DNA from: Octopus bimaculoides
Lineage: Eukaryota
Assembly: GCF_001194135.2 (NCBI RefSeq)
Contig: NC_068984.1
Location: 104,592,865-104,654,335, forward strand
Direction: 5' to 3'
DNA length: 61,471 bases
In this document: piece by piece, positions 25,761 to 40,295 of the stretch
How the letters are laid out: each line of letters starts with the position of its first letter
Position numbering within the stretch: position 1 is the first letter of the stretch
The notes under the pieces: generated by a model
Told to the model about the DNA's origin: nothing
The model's input: only the letters and a program-made list of their open reading frames with translations
Database searches by the model: none
Program-made: the position numbers and the translations under genes

Positions 25761-27085
25761 TATGGAGAGAGAAATAGTACTGGCCAGAGATATGGTCAGG
25801 GGTGCTCACTAAATGATTAAAACAGTTCAAGAAAGCAAATAATTTGGCCTCCATGCTGTTGATGATAATGTAAGAGATGTGTAAGGGATAATGAGAATGA
25901 AGAGGTGTTGTGTGTAGTGATATCAGTGTAGTACAAGAAATAGTTAAACAATGGTTGGAGGAATTTGGAGAACAGAAGATGGAGCAGAGAGCTTCATGAA
26001 GAGGGTAACTGGCCTTTAATCCATTTGTTACCATATTTTTGTTGAAATGCACGGCCTTTTTTCAATTAATTTAAAAAAATTACTAAGAATTTTATAAAAT
26101 AACTTTGTCTTTTTTTGGTGTTTAGAACATAATATGAAGGTTTTAATTCAAATTGCTTTAAAACTGAGAGGCACAGCCATGCCCCCATGGGAAGAAGCTT
26201 GATCCCCAATCACATGGTTCCAGATTCAGTCCACTGTGTGGCACCTTGGTTAACTGTTTTCTATTATAGCACTTGCTGACCAAAACCTTGTGAGTGGATT
26301 TGGCAGACAGAAACTGAAAGAAGCCCATCATATGTATATGCATACGTCTATACGTGTGTATTTGTATTTGTCCCTCACCATCACTTGACAACCAGTGTTT
26401 GTTTGTTTATGTTCCTGTAACTTAATGGTTCAGCAAGAGAGAATGATATAACAGGTACCAGGCTTAAAAAGATATAAGTACTGGGGTTGATTTTTTGACT
26501 AAGTCCTTCAAGGTGGTGCCCCAGCATGGCCACAGTCCAATGACTGAAACAAATAAAGGATAAAAAATAAAAGATCATAAAACCAGGTTTGATGTTGGGT
26601 GGTGTGGTGCCAAAAGGGTTAAGCTGGTGTAGCTAGAAGACTTTGTTGCTAATGTTAAGTGACAGAGACGCGTGGCAAGTGAAGTTTATTTTACATAAGT
26701 AAAAGATTCCTTTTAAAATAAATGTTTTATTGTGAGGATGTCAAACATATGGCCTGTGAGCTGGATATGGCTTGCAGCAATGTCCAGCTCATGGCTCAAT
26801 CTTATAAAAACAAATTCTTTTAATTATTTAAAAATTTTGCTGGCTTGCATTCAGTATTAGAGTCTGATGCTCCAATTAGTTGAATCAGGGCACTAATCTA
26901 GTTTTTTGATCATTACTTAATTGGACAAGATGCCATGCAATGAGACTGAACCCAAAGCCTTACAGCTGGAAAGCAAACCCCTCAACTACACAATCAGAGA
27001 TATGAAATATACTGGTGCCAGTATTGTCAAAGACAGTGCTGTTACCAAAATCCATTCTATTGCAAGCATTCAGGCCAGATGTTTA

Positions 27086-27490
27086 TACTCTCTTTTACTT
27101 GTTTCAGTCATTTGACTGTGGCCATGCTGGAGCACCGCCTTTAGTCAAGCAAATCGACCCCAGGACTTATTCTTTGTAAGCCTAGTACTTATTCTATCGG
27201 TCTCTTTTGCCGAACCACTAAGTTACGGGGATGTAAACACACCAGCATCGGTTGTCAGGCGATGTTGGGAGGACAAACACAGACACACAAACATATACAC
27301 ACACATGCATATATATATACATATATACGGCAGGCTTCTTTCAGTTTCCGTCTACCAAATCCACTCACAAGGCTTTGGTCAGCCCAAGGCTATAGTAGAA
27401 GACACTTGCCCAAGGTGCCATGCAGTGGGACTGAACCCGAAACCATGTGGCTGGTAAGTAAGCTACTTACCACACAGCCACTCCTGCGCC
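27086..27490 (-). mobile_element. Full-length tRNA-derived SINE (family B) with internal (CA/TA) tract
   Basis: Minus strand begins AGGCGCAGGAGTGGCTGTGTGGTAAG (A box) and has GGTTCAGTCC (B box); tail gaaacaagtaaaagagagta. Closely similar to 40296-40680. Confidence 0.9.
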
Positions 27491-28129
27491 TTCTTTTCCT
27501 CCCACAGTCTCAGGAACCCTAACTAAACCATTAAAATGAGACAATAGTATTGGTCATCCAGTATTGTTTACAAGGTTTGCAAAAGTAGGCAAAAAAATAA
27601 TGGGTGTAGAATTATTACATGTAAGTAGAAAAAAAAAAAGACATGTACTCAGAGGTAATTTAAGGCTATATAAACCCTGGCCAGAAGTATTTTAAGGAAC
27701 CTTACATATTACAGCAGTATTATATCACACTATGGCATATAAAGGTATCTCAAGTTAGGAACTTTATCAGATATTAAGTGGTATAGATAGATCTCTATAT
27801 AAATTTGAGTGTGTGTATGTGTGTGTATACATACATAATAGTATTGAATAGTGAGAATGAGTGCTCAATGCCTAGTTTAGTGGATAACTATTTGTTATTT
27901 GTGGATTAACAATACTAACAATGGTTTCATGTGGAAAGAATTTCAATAATTTTCAAGCAATCCACTTAAAGATGTTGCTTATTGCTTTCTTTGTGGAAGC
28001 AATTTTAACTGCAATGTTTGAAAATTGTGATTATGAAAATTCTTACCACATAAAAACATTAGTAACAGTGTTAATTCACAAATAATATATATATGTTTGT
28101 GTACACCCACACACACACACAAACACACA

Positions 28130-28180
<51 letters not shown>

Positions 28181-28439
28181 TTATGAATGTATGCATTATT
28201 TATAAACACTTCAACATTGAACCAAAGGATTACTCATCACTTTTCTGTGTGTGTGTGTGTGTGTGTGTATGCACATACATACACAGACACAAGTGTATGC
28301 ATACACCATAGAAAATCACTTTACACCTGCTTTTCATGCTGGTGTGTGTTAGAAGAGTCCTTATTGTCTGAGTCAATTTTTATTCAAAGTTTCTGTCTTT
28401 CTGTATGATTCAGGTATGAGAAGTAGGCCATTAACATCA

Positions 28440-29400
28440 GTAGACCATCTACAATTAGTTTTAAACTCCTCTGTTAAGGCTGGGGGTCTATAATATAACT
28501 GAAGTGGGCTGAGAATTGAGCCTTGATACATACACTAAATTCCTCTTGAGCTCATTGTTGACTTGCACGTTGCATATGGTACCTTTGAACAGGTTATGGT
28601 ATCCACAAGCCATTTATCTATTCCTAGTTATTTTAACAACCACCAGAGCATCGATGGTACTTCATTCCAGCACAAACCTGAATGGAAACTCATTCTACTT
28701 GGTTATGTTATACCTCTTTCAGTAACTGGTCCATCAATTTGTTGCCTCCGTGGTGATCTAGAGCATCATCCTAGTAGATGATGATGATAGTGCTATACTA
28801 ATGACACCTTTCAGTATTACCTGATTGGCCCAGTGAATGAATATTCCATATGGTCCAATTACCTTCTCTGTTTTCATATTTTTAATTGTTTTTTAAAAAA
28901 TTTATGGTAATCAATTTCACTAACTACTCCCTCAGATCTGTTTAAAATAAGCTTTCTCTCTCCCATGCAGTATTGTTTAATAATCTGCCATTTCCTGTGC
29001 CAGTAAGTGCACTGCTATGATTCCATACACACTTCTTGTTATGCCTCTCATTCTCATGTCAGAAAACACTGGAAAGTCTCTGACTTTCAGCTTTCCTTCT
29101 TGATATGTATATCCAACAACTAGCTTCTCTTCTATATACTTGATATTGATCTTTGTTCTTCTTTTACTTCCAATCTTTCCTGACCTGTCTCTCAGCTTTC
29201 ATCAAGTTGGAACTTCTAGTTATTCTCTATGTTATAAAGTCTTTACTTCCTCTTCTCTCTCGTCATTTATGTTAAGAAGTACTCTTCGTAACCTATGACA
29301 AGTAAAAGTTCCTTTCACTTCTACAGATTCTCTTGTATCTCTGGATCTGTCTTGTTCTTACTCTGAAGTCACTAACCAGTAGTTTACATTGAATAGTACA
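28440..29400 (-). mobile_element. Old RTE LINE fragment covering part of the RT domain
   Basis: Minus strand gives QGSILSP..., LTEEFKTNC, WWLLK*LGIDKWLV and KDWK...DQYQVYRREA, matching RTE motifs HQGSVLSP...EEFKTGCPW and WWSMRKLGIDEWLV. Many stops and frameshifts. Confidence 0.7.
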
Positions 29401-29805
29401 TTCTTCACCAGAGAAAGATTTAGTATTCACTTTTCTCCATCTGTCCATCCCATTTTCTGATAACTATGAAGTCTAGTTGGCTTGTATATTCACTCGATTG
29501 GAAGGTGGTCAGATGGCTGGCTAATTTTGCTAAAAATAATTTTGCTAATAGTTGGCTCATTCACATTTCAGAATTCTAGGAGCTTTAATTTTTCCTTAAA
29601 CCATACCCATAACCTCAATATAAGGTCCAGAAACCATCATGGTGATGCCAAAATTTTAAAATTACTATCTACAACGATGAGGCTATTGTCATTTGTTATT
29701 GAGTTAGTTTGTTGGAGGGGCTCATTAAAGGGAACCTTTTACTTATCTATTAATACTGATTGTGATGTTATGGTGTGTATGCAGAGATCAGTGTCACTGT
29801 CACTG

Positions 29806-30370
29806 TTATATCCTTATGGATAAATGAATACACTGCAACAGTGTAATAACAATATAATCGAAACAAACGGCAGTAACCACATGGAACATTACAACAATCT
29901 TTTAAGAACCAACAATCCAGCATGATAACTTGAACTGTAAACTTTGAACTCCAACACACGAACTGTGGAATTAGCATGAACTACCTCACTTACTCAGACC
30001 ACTACTATTTATATATAATGGTCCAGTCCATTCTTGCCCGGGGGCATTGTACTCTTTCACAACAACCACCTTGTCTAAAGCTAACCCGAATTCAATTATT
30101 CTATCTCACAATCTTACTAACTCAAAATACTTTATTTTTCTGCTAACAAAATGCCTATTCCACTCATCACATCCCTATTACTCACTCAGAAGAGTTTGTA
30201 CCTTTATTCCTTAGTCATAAGTTTTCCAGAAGCTGCCCTCCATGAATCTTCCCTCTGCTACTCCAGCATCTCTACAATTACTCTTCACCATTGTGGGCAG
30301 CACCTCTAAATGATTATATTGTTTAGAAATATATCTCAATACGGCAATGATAGAGGGTGCGCAATACATC
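29806..30370 (-). mobile_element. Possible solo LTR
   Basis: Minus-strand end ...ggatataaca, TATA-like tatataaat near 30010, non-repetitive GC-richer composition. No TSD found and the boundary is uncertain. Confidence 0.25.
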
Positions 30371-30556
30371 CCTGTATACAGTTTGTGAAGTTTATTATAT
30401 AAAAATCTGATACACATGCAAAAATATGTTTAATATACATGCAGAAACATAGAATAGATATAAAATGTTGATATGAATTTAAACATCATGTATGTGTGTG
30501 AGTTTAAGGGTGAGATTGTGTGTGAGCATATGGATATGCATGTGATTGTGTGTGTA

Positions 30557-30588
<32 letters not shown>

Positions 30589-32636
30589 AAAACAATTTTA
30601 TTAAAAAATGATAAATTTCTTATTAAAAAGCTTATGAAGAGCAGCAGACAAAAACATTTTGAAACACTTTTAATTAATTTTGCTCATTAATCCACATCAA
30701 TTTGCCAGCTTTTCAAAGAGAAATTATTCTATTTAGAACAGAAAAACATGTCCCAAAGTAGATATAGAATTTCCTTATATGGTATTTTGAAAAGAATAGA
30801 ACTTACAATGGCAACATGTGTATGTGTCTGTGTGTATGCATGCATGTAGGTGGAAGATCTTACCACCTATATACACAAAATGTGTTATTCTCAAAAAGAC
30901 ATCAACAAAAGAATGCTGACATTTGCATATTCAATCAAACAACCAATAAAGTAACTACAGTCACTGGGAAAAAAATATATAAAAACCAACCACCCTCAAG
31001 ATAAAAACCAACAAAAAACAACTAACACCAAAATCTTTTAAAAGGAGTTATTTTCACTCTATATATTTTGTTAGTTTTTTTTCATAGTCTGATATTTATT
31101 TCATCAATTGAATACTGCTTCAAAGTATCTGTGACATCTTTGGGCGCCACAGGAAAATAGCTATATTTACCAAAGAAAACGAAGATTTTTTTCTTGCTTT
31201 TTTTCTGGCATATTATTAGTCTCCATTTTAAAGTGAGTTTTCTTTCAAAGAAAAAGATAAATCCCCTGAATTTTCTGACAGTTTTTATAACAACAACAAC
31301 AACAACCTAAAGTAAAATTTCAAGAAATGTATACAGAAATAAGTTTTAGGAAATATAAACTGTATGAGACTGGCTGAAAGGGAAGATAAACAATAAAGTC
31401 TACAGAAGTACAAAACCTTAATGGATGAGAGACAATCAACAGTTTAAAAACTAAGGAGGGATCTGTAAGATAACTATCATAGTTGATAACACAAAAATAA
31501 ATAACAAAGTCACTGTCTTATGCTCCCAGAAATTGGGTGAATGATCTCAAGCAGCCTGCTGATTGGTGACACAAATAATATGCCACTGGTGGGTTGATGA
31601 ATCGTTGCTGTCTCTAGAGGTCAAGCATTCATTAATGACAAGACTAAAGAAGATCAAAATTATGTGATCTGTTGGTCTTAGTAGGTAGGGATTTATCTCT
31701 CTGCTAGCGATATAAACAAGACTGCATTTTGCACCAGAAGCCAATATGAGAGTTTCTCTCATGGTAACTACTGCAGTATAGTTTGTTCTAAGAGAACATC
31801 CACATTTAAGTGGGGATAAATATTACATCTCAGTAATAATGCTGCCTCTGTTACAAATAAATATTTAAAGAAAAATAACAGATTATCCTTCAGCTTTTAA
31901 ACTAACATAGAATGAAGTCTAATTATAACTAAATTATATATGAATTTAAGAGGTATGTTTTTGAATATGCATTAACAGTTGTGGATGAATGAGCAACATG
32001 GTTGAACAACTTCACGAAGAATTCAAAATGCTTAAAGTTGTACATCTGACATGCATACACACATGCATCCTAATGAATGTACTATCTTGAGTCCAAGGAT
32101 TCACAGAGCCGGTTACTTTATTTCCATAGTGTATAAATGGCTGAGATCACAACAGTCTCCCAGAATGGAATGCTAGTCTATCGGAGAATTTGCAGCTGTG
32201 TTGACTGGAGCAACATAAAATGAAAAGTTTTTCTCAAGAATACAAAACACTGCTCAGTCCAGGAATTAAAACCATGGTCATACAATTGTTAAGTGCAATA
32301 CTCTAACCACTAGATCACACACCTTCACACAGTTTGTGAATATAAACAATAAAATGATTGAAAGTAAACAATAAACAACTTCTTTATTTGTCAATCAACA
32401 CAGCATGATAGAACTACTTTGAAATCTTGAATACCATAACAGAAGTGAAGTGGGCATCACAAAAGGTCATCAACAATACAACCCAGGCTCATAGAGGTAT
32501 CCACGGTGAACTTATGAAATGCAAACCAACTAGTTAACTGTGTATGATGCAAATAAACCTAATAAGGTGTTCAGTGATGACAATGTAAAAAAAATTTTTT
32601 GAGTGCCTCCCTAAAATTAGGAAAAGGATCCTAAAT

Positions 32637-33040
32637 GTAGGCATTGCTGTGTGGTAAGAAGCCTGCTTCCCAACCACAAGATCCACAGTTCACTCCCACT
32701 GCATAGTACACTGGGCAAGTGTCTTCTGCTGTAACCTTGGGCCAACCAAAGCCTTGTGAGTGGATCTGGTAGAAAGAAACTGAAAGAAGTCTGTCATGTA
32801 TTTGTATATATATATCTATGTGTGTGTATGTTTGTGTCGGTATTTGTCCCCCACCCACTACTTAACAACCAGTTCTGGTGTGTTTATGTACCTGTAACTA
32901 AGCAGTTCAGTAAAAGAGACTGGTAGTATAAGTGGCAGGCTTAAAAAAAAAAAGAGGAAAATAAATACTGGGGTTGATACATTCAACTAAAAAATATTTA
33001 GGGTGGTGCCCCGGCATGATTGAAACAAATAAAAGATAAA
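32637..33040 (+). mobile_element. SINE family B copy
   Basis: gtaggcattgctgtgtggtaagaagcctgcttccc...gggcaagtgtcttctg...gaaacaaataaaaga. Confidence 0.8.
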
Positions 33041-33303
33041 AGAAGCTTTTCAGAAGTTAGGCAAACTAGCAGGACTGTCGTGTAACCTGACATTACACAA
33101 GACTCTCTTGTATCATATTGAACTGTATAGAAAGTTCTGCCAACAACATTCTGTGACACACTTATAGGGGGTTCAGATAATGGCACCTGACTGCCAATAT
33201 TTGGGTGGCAAAAGAGGCTTGTCACAAAGATTTCAGGAATAACAATGCACAATTGCTATCATTGGTATTTACATAATCTGCTGTAAAAAGTTACTTGAAA
33301 CTA

Positions 33304-33534
33304 TTAATCCTTTTAATATCTTAACCTGCCTGAGACTGCTCCTGATTTTATGATACAAACTTTTGCTTTTAAGTGATCTAAATTAAAACCTTCTGTAAAA
33401 ACTTCATGTATTTTATATTCCAAACATCTACTTTAACAACGACAACATTATTTTACTAAAATCTTAATTATTTTCAAAATTAGTTGAAACAATCACAGTC
33501 TATTTCAACAGAAATATGGTAACAAAAGAATTAA
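33304..33534. mobile_element. TTAA-flanked MITE (piggyBac-like, non-autonomous)
   Basis: TTAATCCTTT at the left and AAAGAATTAA at the right. A partial inverted copy of the same sequence lies at ~26015-26165. Confidence 0.55.
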
Positions 33535-33759
33535 ACCAATATTCTTTTCTACTCTAGGCACATGGCCTGAAATTTTTGGGGAGGGTGCCAGTTGATTAGA
33601 TCGACCCCAGTATGCAACTGGTACTTAATTCATCGATTCCTGAAAGAATGAAAGGCAAAGTTGACCTCGGTGGAATTTGAACTCAGAACATAAAGATGGA
33701 TGAAATACTGCTAAGTATTTCGCACAGTGTGCTAATGTTGCTGCCAGCTTGCTGCCTTG

Positions 33760-35060
33760 GATTAAACCAATATTGGATTTCTATACATCAGAGACAACAG
33801 CTGAGTTACTCAGAGAATGGTTTTTTCATGTAAACATAAAGGAAATAGAGCTAAACTCAATTCAAAATGTGAAACAGACAGAATTGTTAAGATATGAAGG
33901 CAATCTCTTGGCAATTATGAAGACAAAATATGAAGGAAATACACAGGTCACGGACAATGCGAAAACAATAAGCTTGCTATTTGCTGATAGGAAATTCAAT
34001 AAACAGCTAGAAAATTTTCATTCAATGGCATTTCATAAAACAGCTGAAAGTTTTGTGGCAGCACTTTTACCAATTCTTTTTCAAATCTATCTTTAGGGCT
34101 TGTTGATAGATCTGTGAACCCTTGTAGGTAAAAGTAGGAAATATTATTTACTAACAGAAACCATATATATCTATGTAAATTTTATCTTAACAGAGGTAGG
34201 ACTTCTTCAAATCAAGTAAGCAACTGCATCTTTTAGCCTTACATGCAAGAACAATTTTGCAAGTAATGGAAGTGATTGTGAAATGGTAAACCAAAGATGA
34301 TAGTTTACCAACCATCAACTGTGACAGAGATAGAGGGTGAAGAAGATGGGGAGAGAGAGAGACACACACACACATACACAGAAGAGGAGATAGACAGATA
34401 AATAAATAGAGAGAAGGAGAGAGAGGCAGAATTATGGGATAGTGTGTCCCCACCACTCAAATAAATTGATCCATTCTCAAGGCATGTAATGGCAGAAAAT
34501 GGAAGTAGTAGTCACAATCAAGTTTCTTTGTTGTCTCTTTGCTTAACATGTTAACTTGTGCAAAGAAAAACGTCTATTGAATCTCTACAATGCAATTTTA
34601 TGAATGTGTCATTTTATAATGGAGAGAAAAATTGGTGTCTTTGCAAACTGGAAACAGCTACATCACCTTCTTGTTCAATGACCAATAAAAATCAGTAAAA
34701 CAAACGAACCTTCATATTGCTTTTGAGACATACTCTCTGAATAGATGGCACATCACCACGATAGAATTTTAATATGGTATGGGCCAAAGTTTCCACAGAT
34801 ACATGCAATAATGGCTGTCCTCGAAGGACTTCACATAATGATGATGATTCTCATCAAGGGTTGTTTAAAAATAATTCAGAGAAGTTTGAAAAGTAGTCTG
34901 TGAAAGACAAAAATTTAGCAGAAATCATTATCTAATAGAGCTGTTATATTATCATAATGAAATTACTGGTAGATGCAATAGTGCAGGTGGTATTTTACTA
35001 TTGAACCAGGTCTGAAAATGGTGTCAGTTTCTGGTTGAAACTGCTTAGCATCACAAATAT
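33760..35060 (+). mobile_element. Possible highly degraded RLE-type (HERO/R2-like) LINE
   Basis: Fragmentary similarity only: TSPSCSM, HHDRIL and TIEPGL resemble the CCHC/RHD/VEVG motifs. ORF 33749-34096 is unassigned. Confidence 0.3.
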
Positions 35061-35120
35061 TTTTCACAACTTTCTATCTGTGTGTGTGTGTATCTGTCTC
35101 TCTCTCCCTATATGTGTGTG

Positions 35121-35458
35121 TAGAACATAAATTGTCAGGAAGTATGAGAGATGAATCTATTTATTTCACCAGCTGATATCCGTAGGATAATACCCATTTC
35201 AGAGTTGAAAAATTGATATAACCAGGATGTTCTGTTGATCTGAAGAGCTAGACATCTATATCTGCATTGATTTGTAAATGTTCTGTAGTACTATGCAATG
35301 TATAGTATGTATATTAGTACAGATATGTAAAAAAATTTATTATACACTAAAGTGAAAACTATTACATGATGAAGGCTATGAAATGGTTAACATCCTATGG
35401 ATGTCAACTGGTGAAATAATATCTTCATCTCTCATGCCACCTGACATTTTATGTTCTA
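35121..35458. repeat. Imperfect ~80-bp inverted repeat pair (35121-35201 and 35379-35458)
   Basis: Reverse complement of the left arm tgaaatgggtattatcctacggatatcagctggtgaaata aligns with tgaaatggttaacatcctatggatgtcaactggtgaaata, extending to cctgaca.tttatgttcta. Confidence 0.75.
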
Positions 35459-35633
35459 TATGCGCTTCATGAAATAATTTTGTTGATTGAATCTACTGGA
35501 TTTTAGCTGCATAGGTCTCTACAGTACTCTCCTCTGTAATGGATTACTATATGGTGTGTAACCAGGTCTACTAGTGGAGACTTTTTGTGATTACCACAGA
35601 ATCCTATAAATCTATATGTTTCACATTAAATAT

Positions 35634-35673
<40 letters not shown>

Positions 35674-36430
35674 GTAATATAATAAATTATATTATAATAC
35701 AATTTTATATATATATTGCTTGAAAACAGGTGAGAGTTGGGTGACCATAGGAGCATGTGGCTGTAGAAAATCAGCCTCAATAAATTCTGCTTAATTCCTG
35801 CTTGCATAGAAAAGTGGACATTAAATGATAATAATAATGATATATATATATATACACACACACACACATATATATATATATGTGCGTATACACACATACA
35901 TGCATATAAATACATAAATACACGCACACATATACAAACATACATGATGGCCATCCACTTGTGACTGAAGTAGACCATTGCCAACCTTCAGGAACATTGT
36001 ATGCTCTTGGACTGACTTATATTTTGCATTTGCAGTTCCATTGGTGACTAATGAGCCCTGCTCTTGACAAGCATACACGACTGCAAACATTGCAAACTAA
36101 GCTTTCTCCATTCCCCACACCAGCAGTGCACATCATCCTGAAATTTCTGTGTACCCGTGCTATTGCTAATTAGTCATTGAGCCTGCATTAGGTTCATCTG
36201 ACCTTTCAGCAGGTCTTGTTTTTAATCCTGCTGGGTTTCTAGCAACCCTCCTCACCAGTGTAGCCTGGTGGGGATGCTGGTTTAGTTGCTGGCAACCCGA
36301 CCATACAACAGGTTGTACTGGATTCCATGTTACCAGTAGCACTTATGAAGGCCTCATAAGTGACCTGACATACACACATACATACATACATACATACATA
36401 CATACATACATACATACATACATACACACT

Positions 36431-36474
<44 letters not shown>

Positions 36475-38160
36475 TGTCGTCGTCATTGTTTTAACATCCA
36501 CTTTTTTTTATGCTTGCATAAATTGGAATTGAATTTGCTGTGGCAGAATTTCTATGGCTGGATGCTCTTCTTGTTGTCAACTCTTACCTTTTCCCATGCA
36601 AGATAATATTTCTCATGACCAGACATTTTTTTTTATAGGAGGATCCTTCTTTAGAAAATTTAGCTATTGTAACTATGATGCTAGAAACCTTTAAAGCACT
36701 ACAAATATAATCTAAGGTCGAAATGTATGTGAATACTATTGTTTATAATGCTTGTTATTAAGTGTTAAACTATCAAAAAAAGTCCAACTGTTTTTGAGAA
36801 ATGTGTGTTTTTTTTCATCATTATAAACTTAACAGAAATAACTAAACTGCTACAGATATCTCTGAATGAACCAATAAGAATTACAAGTTATAATTCTAAG
36901 CACCAGGTTCACACTCAATGTGAAGATTCAAAAAATTACAGGTTCCGTTATTTTATCAAAGAAGAAATTACGGAATTTAAAAAGTTCATTAAAATAGCAG
37001 AATATGATGAAGCAGATTTGTATCCTTTCTACTATAGGTATAAAGTCTGAAATTTTGTGGGAGGGGTCTAGTCAATTGCATCACATCTGTGCTTGACTGA
37101 TGCTTAATTTATCGACCCCAAAAGGATGAAAGACTAAGTCAACCTTGCCAGCATTGGAATTCAGAATGTAAAAACTGATGGAACACCTCTAAGCATTTTG
37201 TCCAGAGTGCTGATTCTCCTTGTTTATCACCCTAGTATATTTAATTATAAAAATATTTTTAGGCTGTATTTGATTGCTGACGAGTTAGAACACTGGACTA
37301 CATATTTTATGGTCTTTAATATCGTCCCTCTCAGTTCCAAGTTCAAATTCAAAAGTATTGATAAAATAAGTATTGGAAAATCTCTTTGTTCAATCACACT
37401 TCATATGCTTTTCTCCTTAACCACAAATAGCCTGGTCCCCAAGAAAAACTAATTAGAGAAAATCTTGGTGAAGATCTTTCGATCTTCCACCTATAGCATT
37501 TATTCTTGATGCAAAACTAATAGAATTTGAACAGAGATAGAACCAAAACAGATAACAAATGGTTTTTTGTTGTAAATATTAAGGTTTGGTTATTCTATTC
37601 TAGTTGAGAAAAAGTTGTTAGAAAATTTTGCATATCTTCATTTTTTATTTCATCTTTCAAAAAAATAAATGATGTTAAAATTTGATTTTTCAACAATTCT
37701 GAACTAATTTTTCAGCAAATGAAACAAATAATTTTGAATGAAGTGTATAACTTTTGGTTTCAAACTTTAAAACACTTGTTCAAATATAAATTTTTATTTC
37801 ATATTTGCATGTTTTTTTGTTTACAGAATATTGCTTTAACATCTGAACATTTATGTTAATTGAAAATGAATTTATAAAAATATGGTTTCAAAACAAATTC
37901 ATAAAGTTTTGAATAATTATCTCAGTTAGAAAGAAACTTTATGAAAAGAGAATTCAGCACAGTTAAAACTATGAATATAACATTTAATTTTGATATTAGC
38001 ATTTAAATGCTTGAAGATGGGCGGTAAGAAGGAAGAAAGGAGGGTGGTTGATAAATAAAGAGAAAGGCAGATAGATACATAGTTAGATAAATAGACACAC
38101 AGACAGACATAGATTGACAGCTAGCTCGCTAGCTAGATAAACAGAGACATATTATATATG

Positions 38161-38214
<54 letters not shown>

Positions 38215-38960
38215 TAGATAGATAGATAGATAGTCAGAAAACAAAGTGTTAAATTTGTATATGTGTAGGCATGCAAAACATGAACTGATGGCAACAGAAT
38301 TTTCTTTTAAAAGGAAAACATTGGCGCTAATGGATTTCAGCTTGGAATTAATAGATTTCAGCCTTTTCTATTTTTCTACACCAGGAAAATGTGTAGTCCT
38401 ACTTCTGAAATGTCACTGAACTTTTTCTTCTTTCTCAATGTAACAAGTGCCCCATCTGGTTAACTATTACCAACTAAAGAGAGAGAGAGAGACAGAGAGA
38501 CAGACAGAGACAACAAAGCTATCCAACTAATATAATGTTAGTTTTTTTATTTCAAAGATTAACAACAAAAATATAAAACTTCCCTAACTCTCTGGAGTTA
38601 ATTATTTTCTGATATACCATTACATTTGCTGGAAATTAAAAACAAAGCGAGAAGAACAAAAAAACAAAAAATGGATATAAATACAATAATACTAGCTGAA
38701 ACAAATTGTGTAATTTCATTTTCATTGTTGCATACTTTTATTTCCAGAGAAATGTTGCCATTAATGTTGTAGCTTCATTGTATAAGTTACATGAATAGGG
38801 GGAATTGTAGTTTACAGTTGAAGAAGAAAACAATATTTTAGTTGCAATTAATTTGTAAAAACTATATACACAGTATTATATGTCTGCCTGCTACAATCAT
38901 TCAATACATTCTAAATTCCAATTATATTCATTCTGATATGCTGATTTATAAATTATTATT

Positions 38961-38962
<2 letters not shown>

Positions 38963-39030
<68 letters not shown>
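38963..39030. repeat. (AAT)n microsatellite
   Basis: Direct reading. Confidence 0.95.
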
Positions 39031-40295
39031 GTTATTAGTTAGATAATAATATCAATGAATCCAATATTTCATACAAAGTGTCAGCATAAAAACAAAGATT
39101 TCTGAGTTACTTAAAGCGAGAGAAACCTTTAGACATAACTTTTTGAGAATAGATTTCAAATAAAATTCGTTCTTTCAGTCTATACTAGAAGAGGTTATGT
39201 TTTTATCATACAGAAAAAAGGGTGGTGATGGTGATGATGGTGGTGGAAGAACAACAAATGAAAAAAAAAAAAAAATAACTGAAGCATCTAAAAACAAAAT
39301 AACAGATATTTTTGAATTATTCTCATTGTCTGGTCATCACAGCCCTCAAGTGTATTAATTGAATTTTATCTTAAACAAATCTTCTTGCTACAAAATTCAT
39401 AGCAAAACAGCTGAGTACCATGGAATTATCTTTTAAAGCAGACTTTGGAAAGATATTTTTTTCTATTTAAATTTTCATAAGAATATAAGGATTTTATTCA
39501 AAGTCACATCATTCAATGAAATACTACTCTATAGAATACACACACGCACACACACATCTGTAAGTAAAAGGGATGGAAGAGTTAGACAAGTCCTACAGCT
39601 GTTTCAAAAGCACATACATGCATATGTACAAAAATACCCTGTTGTTGATGTTGAAATTCCAATGACTTGGATCTAGGTTAGAAACTGGTTCTTTCTCTAT
39701 TGGCAAAGACTGAATAATGACATGCATGCATATATACATACATATATCATCAACATCTTTTTAAATCTGTTTTCCATGTTGGTTCAAGTCATTTCTTAGT
39801 AGGATCTGTTGCTCCCATAGATTAGTCCTTGCATGTTTCCTTGTGTGTCTCATCTAATCGGTTGTTTGGATTCCTTTCCTATTACTAACAACTTTAAAGA
39901 GTCTACTTGGTGCATTTTCCAATGGCACCAACACAAGAAAGATTGAACAGATGGGCTTCAGAACCTTACACATTCTCTTGTCATTTGCCAATCACTTTAT
40001 GCCTGCCTGCCTGCCTGCTTGCCTACCTATCTACCTACCTACCTATCCATCAATCTACCTACCAACATACATACATATCTATCTTTCTGTATATATATAT
40101 CTACTCCTCTCTTTCTCTCTCTCTCTCTGCTCCTCTCTCTTCCCTCTCTCTCTTTTCTCTCCACACCTACAGGTGTTTTGTAAAACTCGGTTGGTGATTG
40201 TCTCATGGGACTGAAACGGTAATAACAGAATTTGTTATTCATTTCTTTCAAACAACCAATAAACAATTTCAAACATAACTATTTACTCTCTTTTG

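Noticed and set aside
36835-37038. Apparent plus-strand exon EITKLLQ...DLYPFYYR with AG/GT ends
   Set aside because: The donor and the last codons are the tail of an antisense family C SINE (tatcctttctactatagg), and no protein family was recognised.
39640-39705. Possible third hammerhead remnant (caatgacttggatctaggttagaaactggtt)
   Set aside because: The CUGANGA box is absent in this copy; too degraded to support.
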